DNA of 25,684 nt from a virus (lineage: Duplodnaviria; Heunggongvirae; Uroviricota; Caudoviricetes). The position numbers were made by a program, and so were the translations under genes. Positions 8,622 through 18,887 of the stretch are shown here, piece by piece. The stretch's first letter is position 1; each line of letters opens with the position of its first letter. The notes beneath the pieces are model-generated. The model saw nothing but the letters and a program-made list of their open reading frames with translations, did no database searches and was not told where the DNA came from. The stretch lies in the IMG/VR virus record IMGVR_UViG_3300029467_000153; one strand, written 5' to 3'.

Positions 8622-9963
8622 ATGACCAAAGAAACTGTTACGATGAGTCATAAGGAACTCCACCGACTTCAGATTATTCAGGAGTCAATTAATCGACATA
8701 TTACTCAGGAACAAGCTGCGGCACGCATTGGCATTTCTATTCGGCAGGTTAAACGTCTGGTGCAACGGTATAGAAATGAAGGGCCTTCTGGTCTGGTTTC
8801 CCACCGACGTGGAAAGCGTCCTAATAATTCCTTTTCTACTGAATTCAGAGCAACAGTAATTTCACTCCTCAAAGGCCGTTACGCTGATTTTGGACCTACG
8901 TTTGCGTGCGAAAAATTGCGCGAGATACACGGTTTATCTTTATCCGTTGAAACTCTCAGAAAGTGGATGATAGAAGAGGGGGGTATGGCGTGAACGCCGT
9001 CGTAAAATTGCCCGTATATATCAACGCCGCATGCGACGACCATCTTACGGTGAACTGATCCAGATTGATGGCTCACCTCATGACTGGTTTGAAAATCGAG
9101 GCCCCAGATGTACACTGATCGTTTTCATTGATGATGCCACCAGTGCGTTGATGGCGTTGCGTTTTGTGCCTGCTGAAACAACCCGGGCTTACATGGAAAC
9201 CCTCCGGGGTTACCTTAATGATCATGGCGTACCGCTCGCTCTCTACTCTGATAGACACAGTATATTCAGGGTAAATAACCCAGAGCGGGAAGGTGAGCTG
9301 ACCCAGTTCACTCGTGCGATAAAGACACTGGGCATCGAGCCAATCCATGCCAACAGCCCGCAGGCAAAAGGGCGGGTAGAGCGCGCCAATCAGACACTAC
9401 AGGACAGGCTGGTCAAAGAAATGCGGCTTCAGAATATCAGTGATATTGAAACAGCAAATGCATGGTTGCCGACCTTTATTGAAGCCTATAACAACCGGTT
9501 CGCTACGTCGCCTCGTACTACTGATAATGCTCATCTTGATGTGCACCATTCTGAAGAGGAACTGGGTTATATCTTCAGCCTACAGGCGAAGCGCGTTCTG
9601 TCTAAAAATCTCACTTTCCAGTACAAAAGCAGTGCGTTTCAGGTACGCAGTGAGGGCCGGGGATATCGACTTAGGCATTCGGTTGTTACTGTATGCGAGA
9701 ACTTTGACGGTGAAATTAACGTTCTGTATGACGGGAAAGCGCTGGGCTGGGAAAAGTATGTTGATGGCCCGGAGCCTATACCACTGGATGATGAAAAGAG
9801 TGTCCATGAACGAGTGGATAATGCCCGTATTGATTTACGCTCAAAATACTATGTTAAACCTAAAGCTGACCATCCCTGGCTTACGCGCCGAACGCAAAGT
9901 CATCAGCAAGTTAAGCCCCCGAAGTTACCTAAAAAGAAGCCTGATCCCGATAAAAAAGATTGA
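8622..9963 (+). mobile_element. IS-element DDE transposase (N-terminal HTH plus integrase-core/rve-like domain), split by a frameshift
   Basis: ORF 8622-8993 (HTH-like N-terminus) and ORF 9031-9963 (DDE-like motifs IQIDGSPHDW, YSDRHSIF, SPQAKGRVERANQTL) are in different frames and overlap around a G6 run at 8978-8983; removing one G fuses them (...MIEEGVWRERRRKIARIYQRRMRRPSYGELIQIDG...). IS family and terminal inverted repeats were not determined. Confidence 0.65.
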
Positions 9964-10399
9964 AACCAAGATCGATTCGGTTGAGTGCATATCCATTCAT
10001 AGGGTAGATTCTTAAGTCGCGTTTCTGGTGTTCATTTTCGGGTGGTTTGTTACTTGTTTTACCGGGGATATGCCAGAAACGCGCTGAGTCAGTCTGGGCG
10101 GTGCGCGTAATGAGGCGTTATGGTAAATAGCCTATGCTAATGTCCGCTAAGAGCAAGAAGCGGAAGTTGGCAGTTTTGTGGACTGTCCCCACAAAAGTGA
10201 CTACAGAAATAGTTGCAATTCATAATTGATCATGGGTTGTCAGTTAAACTCGTGGCGATTTAAATAGACTAATTGGGAGTGCGTCCATTACTTATATCTT
10301 GTAATGTTAACTATCAGAAATGATACAAAGATAATATGTCTTTAAAGAAAAGGCTGATGGCGAAAAGTGGCCCGATGAGGGCCACAATACGGCTGTCAC

Positions 10400-10732
10400 T
10401 TAGACGTAAATATCAATGGTGCCAGCGGTATTTGTATCGTCTTTTTTCTCTTCTTTTTTATCAGGCTGAACTGTCGCGTCTTTATTCTTTTTCTCTGCCT
10501 GCTGCCTTAACAACTGCTCCAGTTGAGCCCTGAGGCTTTCAATTTGCTTCTGTACCAATGCAGCCATTTCTTTTTTCTGCTGTGTCGTCATCCCCTCTTC
10601 CGATGAGATTTTCCCAAGCTTTTCAGTCAGCACCTGAATTTGTCTTGTGATTTTGGCTATTTCTGATGTTCCTTCCGGGGCGGAGTTGTTTGAAATAACG
10701 GTTGAGGTATTTCCCTGAATTGTGACAGACAT
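10400..10732 (-). CDS. flxA: FlxA (FliA-regulated protein)
   Basis: 110-aa ORF MSVTIQGNTSTVISNNSAPEGTSEIAKITRQIQVLTEKLGK... matching my recollection of FlxA; AAGGAG Shine-Dalgarno 7 nt upstream; a sigma-28-type promoter lies immediately upstream. Confidence 0.75.
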   Translation of the reverse strand: MSVTIQGNTSTVISNNSAPEGTSEIAKITRQIQVLTEKLGKISSEEGMTTQQKKEMAALVQKQIESLRAQLEQLLRQQAEKKNKDATVQPDKKEEKKDDTNTAGTIDIYV

Positions 10733-10755
10733 AGATTTCTCCTTTTAAAAAAGCA

Positions 10756-10782
10756 CTATCGGCATGCACAAAAAAATCTTTA
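10756..10782 (-). promoter_or_regulatory. sigma-28 (FliA) class-3 promoter of flxA
   Basis: On the minus strand TAAAGATT-N11-GCCGATAG against the consensus TAAAGTTT-N11-GCCGATAA, about 25-50 nt upstream of the flxA ATG. Confidence 0.6.
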
Positions 10783-10934
10783 ATCGTATTTCTTGTGTCA
10801 TTAATTGTTTGATGTTCAGATTGTTTTCCTCGCGGGCTGGCGCGCCTCAGAAAGTAAAGCTTGTTGACAGGGGTAAACGTTCGGCAATAATTTTCTGCCG
10901 CATGCGGGTGTTGCATAAAACGTGCTACGTTCCT

Positions 10935-11240
10935 TTATCGACAGGTCAGGTCACCGCTCACCCGCCGACGAGAAAGCAACACTGACATGCTAAAGCAAAA
11001 AATAGATGAATAAGTTGAGTTGTGCATATGTAGCCTGACCGTCACAAAGTATATGGTGTCTGTACCAGTAAGATGATGGCCGGACTCTTTAAAAACGAGC
11101 TGACCTGCACAATACAGGATGGACTTAGCAATGGCTGCTCCTGGCACAAAGCGGACAGTGATCACCGTTCTTACGACTACTTTCTGACTTCCTTCGTGAC
11201 TTGCCCTAAGCATGTTGTAGTGCGATACTTGTAATGACAT
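10935..11240 (-). CDS. hypothetical protein (YdfV-like by position)
   Basis: 101-aa ORF divergent from relB; assigned only by position and length relative to K-12 gene order. Its start abuts the relB operator, which is suspicious. Confidence 0.25.
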   Translation of the reverse strand: MSLQVSHYNMLRASHEGSQKVVVRTVITVRFVPGAAIAKSILYCAGQLVFKESGHHLTGTDTIYFVTVRLHMHNSTYSSIFCFSMSVLLSRRRVSGDLTCR

Positions 11241-11253
11241 TTGTAATTACAAG
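11228..11253 (+). promoter_or_regulatory. relBE operator (relO-type inverted repeats) in the relB promoter
   Basis: cttgtaatgacatttgtaattacaag contains the perfect palindrome TTGTAATTACAA plus an additional TTGTAAT half-site, ending 12 nt before the relB ATG. Confidence 0.6.
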
Positions 11254-11264
11254 AGGTGTAAGAC

Positions 11265-11504
11265 ATGGGTAGCATTAACCTGCGTATTGACGATGAACTT
11301 AAAGCGCGTTCTTACGCCGCGCTTGAAAAAATGGGTGTAACTCCTTCTGAAGCGCTTCGTCTCATGCTCGAGTATATCGCTGACAATGAACGCTTGCCGT
11401 TCAAACAGACACTCCTGAGTGATGAAGATGCTGAACTTGTGGAGATAGTGAAAGAACGGCTTCGTAATCCTAAGCCAGTACGTGTGACGCTGGATGAACT
11501 CTGA
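11265..11504 (+). CDS. relB: RelB antitoxin
   Basis: 79-aa ORF MGSINLRIDDELKARSYAALEKMGVTPSEALRLMLEYIADNERLPF... (ribbon-helix-helix antitoxin); GAGGTG Shine-Dalgarno; stop overlaps the relE start (ATGA). Confidence 0.9.
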   Translation: MGSINLRIDDELKARSYAALEKMGVTPSEALRLMLEYIADNERLPFKQTLLSDEDAELVEIVKERLRNPKPVRVTLDEL

Positions 11505-11791
11505 TGGCGTATTTTCTGGATTTTGACGAGCGGGCACTAAAGGAATGGCGAAAGCTGGGCTCGACGGTACGTGAACAGTTGAAAAAGAAGCTGGTTGAAG
11601 TACTTGAGTCACCCCGGATTGAAGCAAACAAGCTCCGTGGTATGCCTGATTGTTACAAGATTAAGCTCCGGTCTTCAGGCTATCGCCTTGTATACCAGGT
11701 TATAGACGAGAAAGTTGTCGTTTTCGTGATTTCTGTTGGGAAAAGAGAACGCTCGGAAGTATATAGCGAGGCGGTCAAACGCATTCTCTGA
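11504..11791 (+). CDS. relE: RelE mRNA-interferase toxin
   Basis: 95-aa ORF MAYFLDFDERALKEWRKLGSTVREQLKKKL...GYRLVYQVIDEKVVVFVISVGKRERSEVY, translationally coupled to relB. Confidence 0.9.
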   Translation: MAYFLDFDERALKEWRKLGSTVREQLKKKLVEVLESPRIEANKLRGMPDCYKIKLRSSGYRLVYQVIDEKVVVFVISVGKRERSEVYSEAVKRIL

Positions 11792-11862
11792 ACCAAAGCA
11801 TGACATCTCTGTTTCGCACCGAAGGTGACACTTCTGCTTTGCGTTGACAGGAGAAGCAGGCT

Positions 11863-12018
11863 ATGAAGCAGCAAAAGGCGATGTTAATCGCCCTGATCGT
11901 CATCTGTTTAACCGTCATAGTGACGGCACTGGTAACGAGGAAAGACCTCTGCGAGGTACGAATCCGAACCGGCCAGACGGAGGTCGCTGTCTTCACAGCT
12001 TACGAACCTGAGGAGTAA
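11863..12018 (+). CDS. hokD: Hok-family type I toxin (HokD/RelF)
   Basis: 51-aa ORF, below the ORF-track cutoff, found by direct translation: MKQQKAMLIALIVICLTVIVTALVTRKDLCEVRIRTGQTEVAVFTAYEPEE; carries the Hok signature TRK.LCE.R....EVA.F.AYE and sits just downstream of relE. Confidence 0.85.
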   Translation: MKQQKAMLIALIVICLTVIVTALVTRKDLCEVRIRTGQTEVAVFTAYEPEE

Positions 12019-12086
12019 GAGACCCGGCGGGGGAGAAATCCCTCGCCACCTCTGATGTGGCAGGCATCCTCAACGCACCCGCACTT

Positions 12087-12112
12087 AACCCGCTTCGGCG
12101 GGTTTTTGTTTT
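12087..12112 (+). terminator. rho-independent terminator after relB-relE-hokD
   Basis: aacccgc-ttcg-gcgggtt hairpin followed by tttttgtttttatttt. Confidence 0.6.
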
Positions 12113-12234
12113 TATTTTCAACGCGTTTGAAGTTCTGGACGGTGCCGGAATAGAATCAAAAATACTTAAGTAGCGCGCAGGGATAAGAGGGATGGTCCCT
12201 TAAAGGGGAGAGCTAATTATCCGGAAGGATTCTG

Positions 12235-12486
12235 ATGATGAACATCGAAGAACTGCGTAAAATTTTTTGTGAAGATGGCCTCTATGCTGTGTGCGTTGAA
12301 AATGGAAATCTTGTTAGTCATTACCGCATTATGTGTTTGCGAAAGAATGGGGCTGCGTTAATTAATTTTGTGGATGCTCGGGTCACGGACGGATTTATCT
12401 TGCGCGAAGGTGAGTTTGTCACTTCATTACAGGCATTGAAAGAGATCGGAATAAAAGCTGGCTTTTCTGCTTTTTCAGGAGAATAA
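12235..12486 (+). CDS. rem: small prophage protein Rem-like
   Basis: 83-aa ORF adjacent to hokD as in K-12 Qin; assigned by position and recollection, function unknown. Confidence 0.55.
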   Translation: MMNIEELRKIFCEDGLYAVCVENGNLVSHYRIMCLRKNGAALINFVDARVTDGFILREGEFVTSLQALKEIGIKAGFSAFSGE

Positions 12487-12552
12487 ACTCATCTACAATC
12501 TTGCGCGGGGCTGAACTCCCGCTGAGTAACACCGTGCCACCGGAGAAAACCG

Positions 12553-12831
12553 ATGGCACGCAACGCAAAATATTACAATTCTGATAATTCGCCCGTTCTT
12601 GCCTGCACGCACGGGCGGTATTCTCACGCATTCAAGTCTGAATGGTTCCAGCACCCTCCATGCACTGCAGAACAGGCCGAATGGCTGATTCATTCTTACC
12701 GCAGGCGCGGGTTCGAGGTTAAGAAAGCTCTCAGTCTCGACTATCGGCACTGGATAATCTCTGTCAGGCTGCCTTATTCCGAACGCCCACCACGTGCGTC
12801 CCGCACTTTCCAGCAACGGATCTGGAGGTAA
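12553..12831 (+). CDS. hypothetical protein
   Basis: 92-aa ORF overlapping the next gene by 38 nt in another frame; no recognisable motif. Confidence 0.3.
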   Translation: MARNAKYYNSDNSPVLACTHGRYSHAFKSEWFQHPPCTAEQAEWLIHSYRRRGFEVKKALSLDYRHWIISVRLPYSERPPRASRTFQQRIWR

Positions 12832-13882
12832 CGTGCGGGTATTACTTAGACCTGTTCTGGTGCCTGAGCTTGGGCTGGTGGTCCTTAAGCCAGGCCGTGA
12901 ATCCATACAGATATTTCATAATCCTCGAGTGCTGGTGGAACCGGAACCAAAAAGCATGCGTAATCTGCCATCCGGAGTCGTTCCTGCCGTTCGCCAGCCG
13001 CTGGCGGAAGACAAAACATTGCTGCCGTTTTTTAGTAACGAACGGGTGATTCGTGCTGCTGGCGGCGTTGGCGCATTGTCCGACTGGCTATTACGTCATG
13101 TTACATCCTGCCAGTGGCCTAATGGCGATTACCATCACACTGAAACAGTCATTCACCGTTATGGTACCGGCGCAATGGTGTTGTGCTGGCACTGCGACAA
13201 CCAACTGCGTGACCAGACATCGGAATCACTGGAGCTGCTTGCTCAACAAAATCTGACAGCATGGGTGATTGACGTCATCCGTCACGCAATAAGCGGTACG
13301 CAGGAGCGGGAATTATCTTTGGCTGAATTATCCTGGTGGGCGGTCTGCAATCAGGTGGTGGATGCACTACCTGAGGCTGTATCGCGTCGTTCGCTGGGAT
13401 TACCAGCGGAAAAAATCTGCTCGGTGTACCGCGAAAGCGACATCGTACCGGGAGAGCAGACCGCCACCAGCATATTGAAACAACGCACAAAAAATCTTGC
13501 ACCGTTGCCTTACGCCCACCAGCAACAAAAATCACCACAGGAAAAGACGGTGGTAAGCATCACCGTTGATCCAGAGTCTCCGGAATCTTTCATGAAGCTG
13601 CCTAAACGTCGCCGCTGGGTTAAGGAGAAATACACACGTTGGGTTAAGACACAGCCGTGTGCTTGCTGCGGTATGCCAGCCGACGATCCGCATCATCTGA
13701 TTGGTCACGGGCAGGGCGGAATGGGAACAAAAGCACATGATCTCTTTGTGTTGCCTTTGTGCAGAAAGCATCACAACGAGCTGCATACGGATACAGTGGC
13801 ATTTGAAGATAAGTATGGCTCCCAACTGGAGCTGATATTTCGTTTTATCGATCGCGCGCTGGCAATTGGCGTACTGGCGTAA
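12794..13882 (+). CDS. ydfU: DUF968-type prophage protein (YdfU-like) with C-terminal Cys/His cluster
   Basis: 362-aa ORF; C-terminus CACCGMPADDPHHLIGHGQGGMGTKAHDLFVLPLCRKHHNELH looks like a metal-binding HNH-like motif; sits in the nin-region position upstream of Q. True start uncertain. Confidence 0.6.
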   Translation: MRPALSSNGSGGNVRVLLRPVLVPELGLVVLKPGRESIQIFHNPRVLVEPEPKSMRNLPSGVVPAVRQPLAEDKTLLPFFSNERVIRAAGGVGALSDWLLRHVTSCQWPNGDYHHTETVIHRYGTGAMVLCWHCDNQLRDQTSESLELLAQQNLTAWVIDVIRHAISGTQERELSLAELSWWAVCNQVVDALPEAVSRRSLGLPAEKICSVYRESDIVPGEQTATSILKQRTKNLAPLPYAHQQQKSPQEKTVVSITVDPESPESFMKLPKRRRWVKEKYTRWVKTQPCACCGMPADDPHHLIGHGQGGMGTKAHDLFVLPLCRKHHNELHTDTVAFEDKYGSQLELIFRFIDRALAIGVLA

Positions 13883-13895
13883 GTGGAGAACGAGC

Positions 13896-14648
13896 ATGAA
13901 CCTTGAAGCCTTACCAAAATATTACTCCCCAAAATCTCCAAAATTGAGCGATGACGCTCCAGCGACAGGCACCGGTTGTTTAACAATTACGGATGTAATG
14001 GCAGCGCAGGGGATGGTGCAGTCGAAAGCACCACTTGGGTTGGCCTTATTTCTGGCAAAAGTTGGTGTTCAGGACCCTCAGTTTGCGATTGAAGGCCTGC
14101 TAAATTACGCGATGGCACTGGATAACCCGACATTGAACAAATTGAGTGAAGAAATCCGGTTACAGATTATTCCTTACCTCGTGAGTTTTGCCTTTGCTGA
14201 TTACTCCAGGTCTGCGGCAAGTAAGGCTCGCTGTGAGCATTGTTCAGGTACGGGATTTTATAATGTATTGCGCGAAGTGGTGAAACACTACAGACGCGGG
14301 GAATCTGTAATCAAGGAAGAATGGGTGAAGGAACTATGTCAGCATTGCCATGGTAAGGGCGAAGCCAGCACAGCGTGCAGAGGGTGTAAGGGTAAAGGGA
14401 TTGTTCTGGATGAAAAAAGAACCCGGTTTCATGGCGTACCGGTATATAAGATTTGTGGGCGTTGTAATGGAAACCGGTTTAGTCGTTTACCGACCACGCT
14501 GGCACGACGTCATGTCCAGAAGCTGGTACCAGACCTGACCGATTATCAGTGGTATAAGGGGTATGCGGACGTCATTGGTAAACTGGTAACAAAGTGCTGG
14601 CAGGAAGAAGCATACGCGGAAGCGCAATTGAGGAAGGTGACGAGATAA
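13896..14648 (+). CDS. quuQ: late-gene antiterminator Q
   Basis: Start taken at the internal ATG 13896 (MNLEALPKYYSPK...) preceded by GGAGA; Cys/His-rich zinc-binding region (CEHCSGTG...CQHCHGKG...CRGCKGKG...CGRCNG); located just upstream of the lysis region. Confidence 0.8.
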   Translation: MNLEALPKYYSPKSPKLSDDAPATGTGCLTITDVMAAQGMVQSKAPLGLALFLAKVGVQDPQFAIEGLLNYAMALDNPTLNKLSEEIRLQIIPYLVSFAFADYSRSAASKARCEHCSGTGFYNVLREVVKHYRRGESVIKEEWVKELCQHCHGKGEASTACRGCKGKGIVLDEKRTRFHGVPVYKICGRCNGNRFSRLPTTLARRHVQKLVPDLTDYQWYKGYADVIGKLVTKCWQEEAYAEAQLRKVTR

Positions 14649-14679
14649 ATGATTTTTGCTGAAGATGGCGACATGATGT

Positions 14680-14708
14680 TTGCATTTTTCAAAAAATATG
14701 GATAAAAT
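14680..14708 (+). promoter_or_regulatory. candidate late promoter (PR'-like) downstream of Q
   Basis: TTGCAT-N17-TAAAAT about 35 nt after the Q stop and about 45 nt before a strong terminator, the arrangement expected for a Q-utilisation promoter and short leader. The -35 is weak. Confidence 0.35.
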
Positions 14709-14754
14709 TTTTTCAACGATGGGCTTTGTATACCCGACGTTAAGAAAAAGTAGA

Positions 14755-14784
14755 AAACCCGCTGATGAGCGGGTTTTGTGCTTT
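14755..14784 (+). terminator. rho-independent terminator (tR'-like)
   Basis: aaacccgct-gatg-agcgggttt hairpin followed by tgtgcttt. Confidence 0.6.
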
Positions 14785-15069
14785 AAATGGGGCAATGGTA
14801 ATGTTGAATCTCATCCCGGGACTCATGTCTGTTAACTTATTATTTAGCTGGTGACTTGGTTATTTGCCTGATGTTTAAAATGTTTTCTTCCAGTACAATG
14901 TCCCTAAACACAATGAGTCTGCTTATTATATTATTAGCAGAGCTATTACGGCCAAAGTACAGCATAAGCTTTTAAAGCCAATCAACCAGTCATCAAGACA
15001 GACGGGGTTATTCATAAAAACTCTCCATGTGTGATTCGATGGGGCCTGAAATTAAAGCTTTAATATAGC

Positions 15070-15282
15070 TCATGAAAGGTAAACATTGGCAGCTGAAGGG
15101 CCACGCAGACCATTTATCCGGCAAAATTCCACGCGTAATCCGGTGGTAATTTCTTCTGCATCGCGGAGATTGAGCGCTGAGACATGAAGCTGGACATCGA
15201 TACGACCATCGGATGGGGTGATAAGACCCTTGCCGCTTTTGCCGTCAAAGGTTTTGACAATTCCTGTCATTTTACGGGACAA
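15070..15282 (-). CDS. cspF: cold-shock-domain protein CspF
   Basis: 70-aa CspA-family [29 protein letters not shown]...[16 protein letters not shown], lacking the canonical aromatic RNP1 patch as in CspF/CspH; divergent from cspB. Confidence 0.8.
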
Positions 15283-15385
15283 AAAAATTCCTTAATACTG
15301 ATAACTTGGCGCACTATACACACGTTCCTGAAGAAAGCTATAGTTTTTTGATGGGGTTGAAGATGGCTGGATGTCTAAAATAAAC

Positions 15386-15414
15386 ATTGCTTCATATGTT
15401 CAACTATGCGTTAA
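15386..15414 (+). promoter_or_regulatory. candidate cspA-type promoter of cspB with long 5' UTR
   Basis: TTGCTT-N17-GTTAAT, about 170 nt upstream of the cspB ATG; the 11-mer ATGCGTTAATG is repeated upstream of cspI at the same relative position. Confidence 0.4.
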
Positions 15415-15582
15415 TGATTGCGTCGGTTTGAAGAACAGACGATATACGAAGTAGTTTACTAAAGCAGTTCTCATTTCAGGTGTTATTCACTTATTCCTTC
15501 TTTGAGTCTCTCCAATTAAGTACGAAGTCGTTTCTGTTATGCAAACCATTTATGCCGAAAGGCTCAAGTTAAGGAATGTAGA

Positions 15583-15798
15583 ATGTCAAATAAAATGACT
15601 GGTTTAGTAAAATGGTTTAACGCTGATAAAGGTTTCGGCTTTATTTCTCCTGTTGATGGTAGTAAAGATGTGTTTGTGCATTTTTCTGCGATTCAGAATG
15701 ATAATTATCGAACCTTATTTGAAGGTCAAAAGGTTACCTTCTCTATAGAGAGTGGTGCTAAAGGTCCTGCAGCAGCAAATGTCATCATTACTGATTAA
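15583..15798 (+). CDS. cspB: cold-shock protein CspB
   Basis: 71-aa [41 protein letters not shown]... with RNP1 (KGFGFI) and RNP2 (VFVHF) motifs. Confidence 0.9.
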   Translation: MSNKMTGLVKWFNADKGFGFISPVDGSKDVFVHFSAIQNDNYRTLFEGQKVTFSIESGAKGPAAANVIITD

Positions 15799-16079
15799 AA
15801 TTCATCGCTCGTCTGTATACGATAACGAAGAAGGCTGATGCCTGAGTAGAGATACGGACAGAGTAGTGAATATTGGATCTCTTTAATAAAAAGTAAGGAG
15901 GTCCAATACATGAAACAATGGCTAGCATATTTGGCAAAATCTTAATCAGGAAAAGTATGCTAACCATTGTGGTGAAGTGCAGGTTTGCTGCATGAATAGT
16001 TTTACAGCAGAAGCTAACTGCTGGCATGGCAAAACAAAGTGCGTAAGTGGATGACTCCCACAAAAAGCACCACAATCTC

Positions 16080-16103
16080 AAACCCGCTCAGGCGGGTTTT
16101 TTA
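16080..16103 (+). terminator. rho-independent terminator between cspB and the minus-strand zinc-ribbon gene
   Basis: cccgc-tcag-gcggg hairpin followed by tttttt. Confidence 0.5.
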
Positions 16104-16161
16104 TTATCTGCTTTAAATATATTATTAAAATATAAAAAATACTTGTTACTAATAAAATCAA

Positions 16162-16332
16162 TCAGGCTACAGCTTTAAGATTTGTCTGGAATACTTTGTT
16201 GCAATGAGGGCAGATCAAAAGGGCACCTTTTTGTACTCTTGAAAAACTGTGTTCTGACTCTTGGGTGCAGTTTGGGCAGGAACATTTAACGAGATAATTA
16301 CGGCGTGATTTTGAGTTTTTACGTTCTGACAT
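16162..16332 (-). CDS. small zinc-ribbon protein (CPxC...CPxC), hypothetical
   Basis: 56 aa from the internal ATG, which has an AGGAAA Shine-Dalgarno: MSERKNSKSRRNYLVKCSCPNCTQESEHSFSRVQKGALLICPHCNKVFQTNLKAVA. The ORF track extends it to 16383. Confidence 0.45.
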   Translation of the reverse strand: MSERKNSKSRRNYLVKCSCPNCTQESEHSFSRVQKGALLICPHCNKVFQTNLKAVA

Positions 16333-16551
16333 AGGCTTTTCCTGTATAAATGGCCGTATACAGTACACTAAATATGAAAACATTTCTCGTATTATTATTT
16401 TATATATGACTTTCTTTCAAAATAATTACCCACATTTTTAATGTGTATGTTTTTTTAGCGCCGTTGAGAACAACGTGTGCTGTCAAAACTACCCCGTAGA
16501 CTCCGATCTTTTCAAACATATTGCACCATCCGTGTACATCGGGGTGAGGAT

Positions 16552-16767
16552 ATGAAATCAATGGATAAGTTAACAACAGGTGTTGCCTATGGCACATCGG
16601 CGGGTAATGCTGGTTTCTGGGCATTGCAGTTACTCGATAAAGTAACTCCGTCACAGTGGGCTGCAATCGGTGTGCTGGGTAGCCTGGTTTTTGGCCTGCT
16701 GACGTATCTGACAAATCTTTATTTCAAGATTAAAGAAGACAGGCGTAAGGCTGCGAGAGGAGAGTAA
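16552..16767 (+). CDS. essQ: class II holin / pinholin (phage 21 S-like) with dual-start motif
   Basis: [71 protein letters not shown]: two transmembrane segments, Met1-Lys-Ser-Met4 dual start, charged C-terminus; GTGAGGA Shine-Dalgarno upstream. Confidence 0.8.
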   Translation: MKSMDKLTTGVAYGTSAGNAGFWALQLLDKVTPSQWAAIGVLGSLVFGLLTYLTNLYFKIKEDRRKAARGE

Positions 16768-16771
16768 TCCA

Positions 16772-17079
16772 ATGACTCAAGACTATGAACTGGTTGTGAA
16801 AGGAGTCCGTAATTTTGAGAATAAAGTTACGGTAACTGTAGCCTTACAGGACAAAGAACGCTTTGACGGTGAAATTTTTGACCTGGATGTCGCCATGGAC
16901 CGTGTTGAAGGAGCTGCGCTGGAGTTTTATGAGGCAGCAGCCAGAAGGAGCGTCCGGCAAGTCTTCCTGGAAGTAGCAGAAAAATTGTCAGAAAAAGTTG
17001 AGTCTTATCTGCAGCATCAGTACTCCTTTAAGATTGAAAATCCTGCCAATAAGCACGAGCGTCCTCATCATAAATATAT

Positions 17080-17083
<4 letters not shown>
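16772..17083 (+). CDS. ydfR: YdfR-like protein of unknown function in the lysis cassette
   Basis: 103-aa ORF between holin and endolysin; GAGAGGAGAG Shine-Dalgarno; stop overlaps the endolysin start (ATGA). Confidence 0.65.
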
Positions 17084-18107
<1,024 letters not shown>

Positions 18108-18290
18108 GGTAATATTAAATCGGAACATTTACATCGCGGAATGTAAAATTTAAATAAAAAGGACTCTTCCATGAGCCAAAATTCCTGAAATCTTAAGGGT
18201 AAGATAAAAGGTCTTAATCAGAATGACACGTTATTATTAATAAATAAAGCTATTCTTTCATTGCTGTGTTTTTCTTTACAAAAGTAATCC

Positions 18291-18319
18291 TTGCTATGGG
18301 TGGTTAATCATGCGTTAAT
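18291..18319 (+). promoter_or_regulatory. candidate cspA-type promoter of cspI with long 5' UTR
   Basis: TTGCTA-N17-GTTAAT, about 155 nt upstream of the cspI ATG; shares ATGCGTTAATG with the cspB upstream region. Confidence 0.4.
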
Positions 18320-18470
18320 GGTGTTCTGGTTTGTTACAAATTTATCTGAAGCAGTCATTGTTATAATTTTATTATTTGTACCTCTTGAGATTTCCTTGTT
18401 GGTTTTTCTCTCTGATATTTTTTTTCGGACCATTCTGCCCAAGGGCTAATTTCTTCAAAAGGTAATAATT

Positions 18471-18683
18471 ATGTCTAACAAAATGACTGGTTTAGTGAAA
18501 TGGTTTAACCCTGAAAAAGGTTTTGGTTTCATCACGCCGAAAGATGGCAGCAAAGATGTGTTTGTCCATTTCTCAGCAATTCAGAGCAACGATTTCAAAA
18601 CATTAACTGAGAATCAGGAAGTTGAATTTGGTATTGAGAACGGACCTAAAGGTCCTGCCGCTGTTCATGTAGTGGCGCTTTGA
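18471..18683 (+). CDS. cspI: cold-shock protein CspI
   Basis: 70-aa [48 protein letters not shown]... with RNP1/RNP2 motifs. Confidence 0.9.
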   Translation: MSNKMTGLVKWFNPEKGFGFITPKDGSKDVFVHFSAIQSNDFKTLTENQEVEFGIENGPKGPAAVHVVAL

Positions 18684-18887
18684 GGTAGACAATATTACAA
18701 ACCATATTCACTTTAGATGCCCGTGTTGTCATGGTTCCCAGTATAGAACATCATCTTTTGATGTTTCTGACATGAATCCTTTCGGGGCAAAATGTATCTT
18801 TTGTAAATCAATGATGATTACATTTGATAATATTTCACAATACTTAAATGCCAGCCGTCTGTCGTTGGATTTAAAAAAGTGAAAATG

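Noticed and set aside
9440-10015. 191-aa alternative-frame ORF inside the transposase gene
   Set aside because: It is off-frame within the DDE domain coding region, which has clear catalytic motifs in the other frame.
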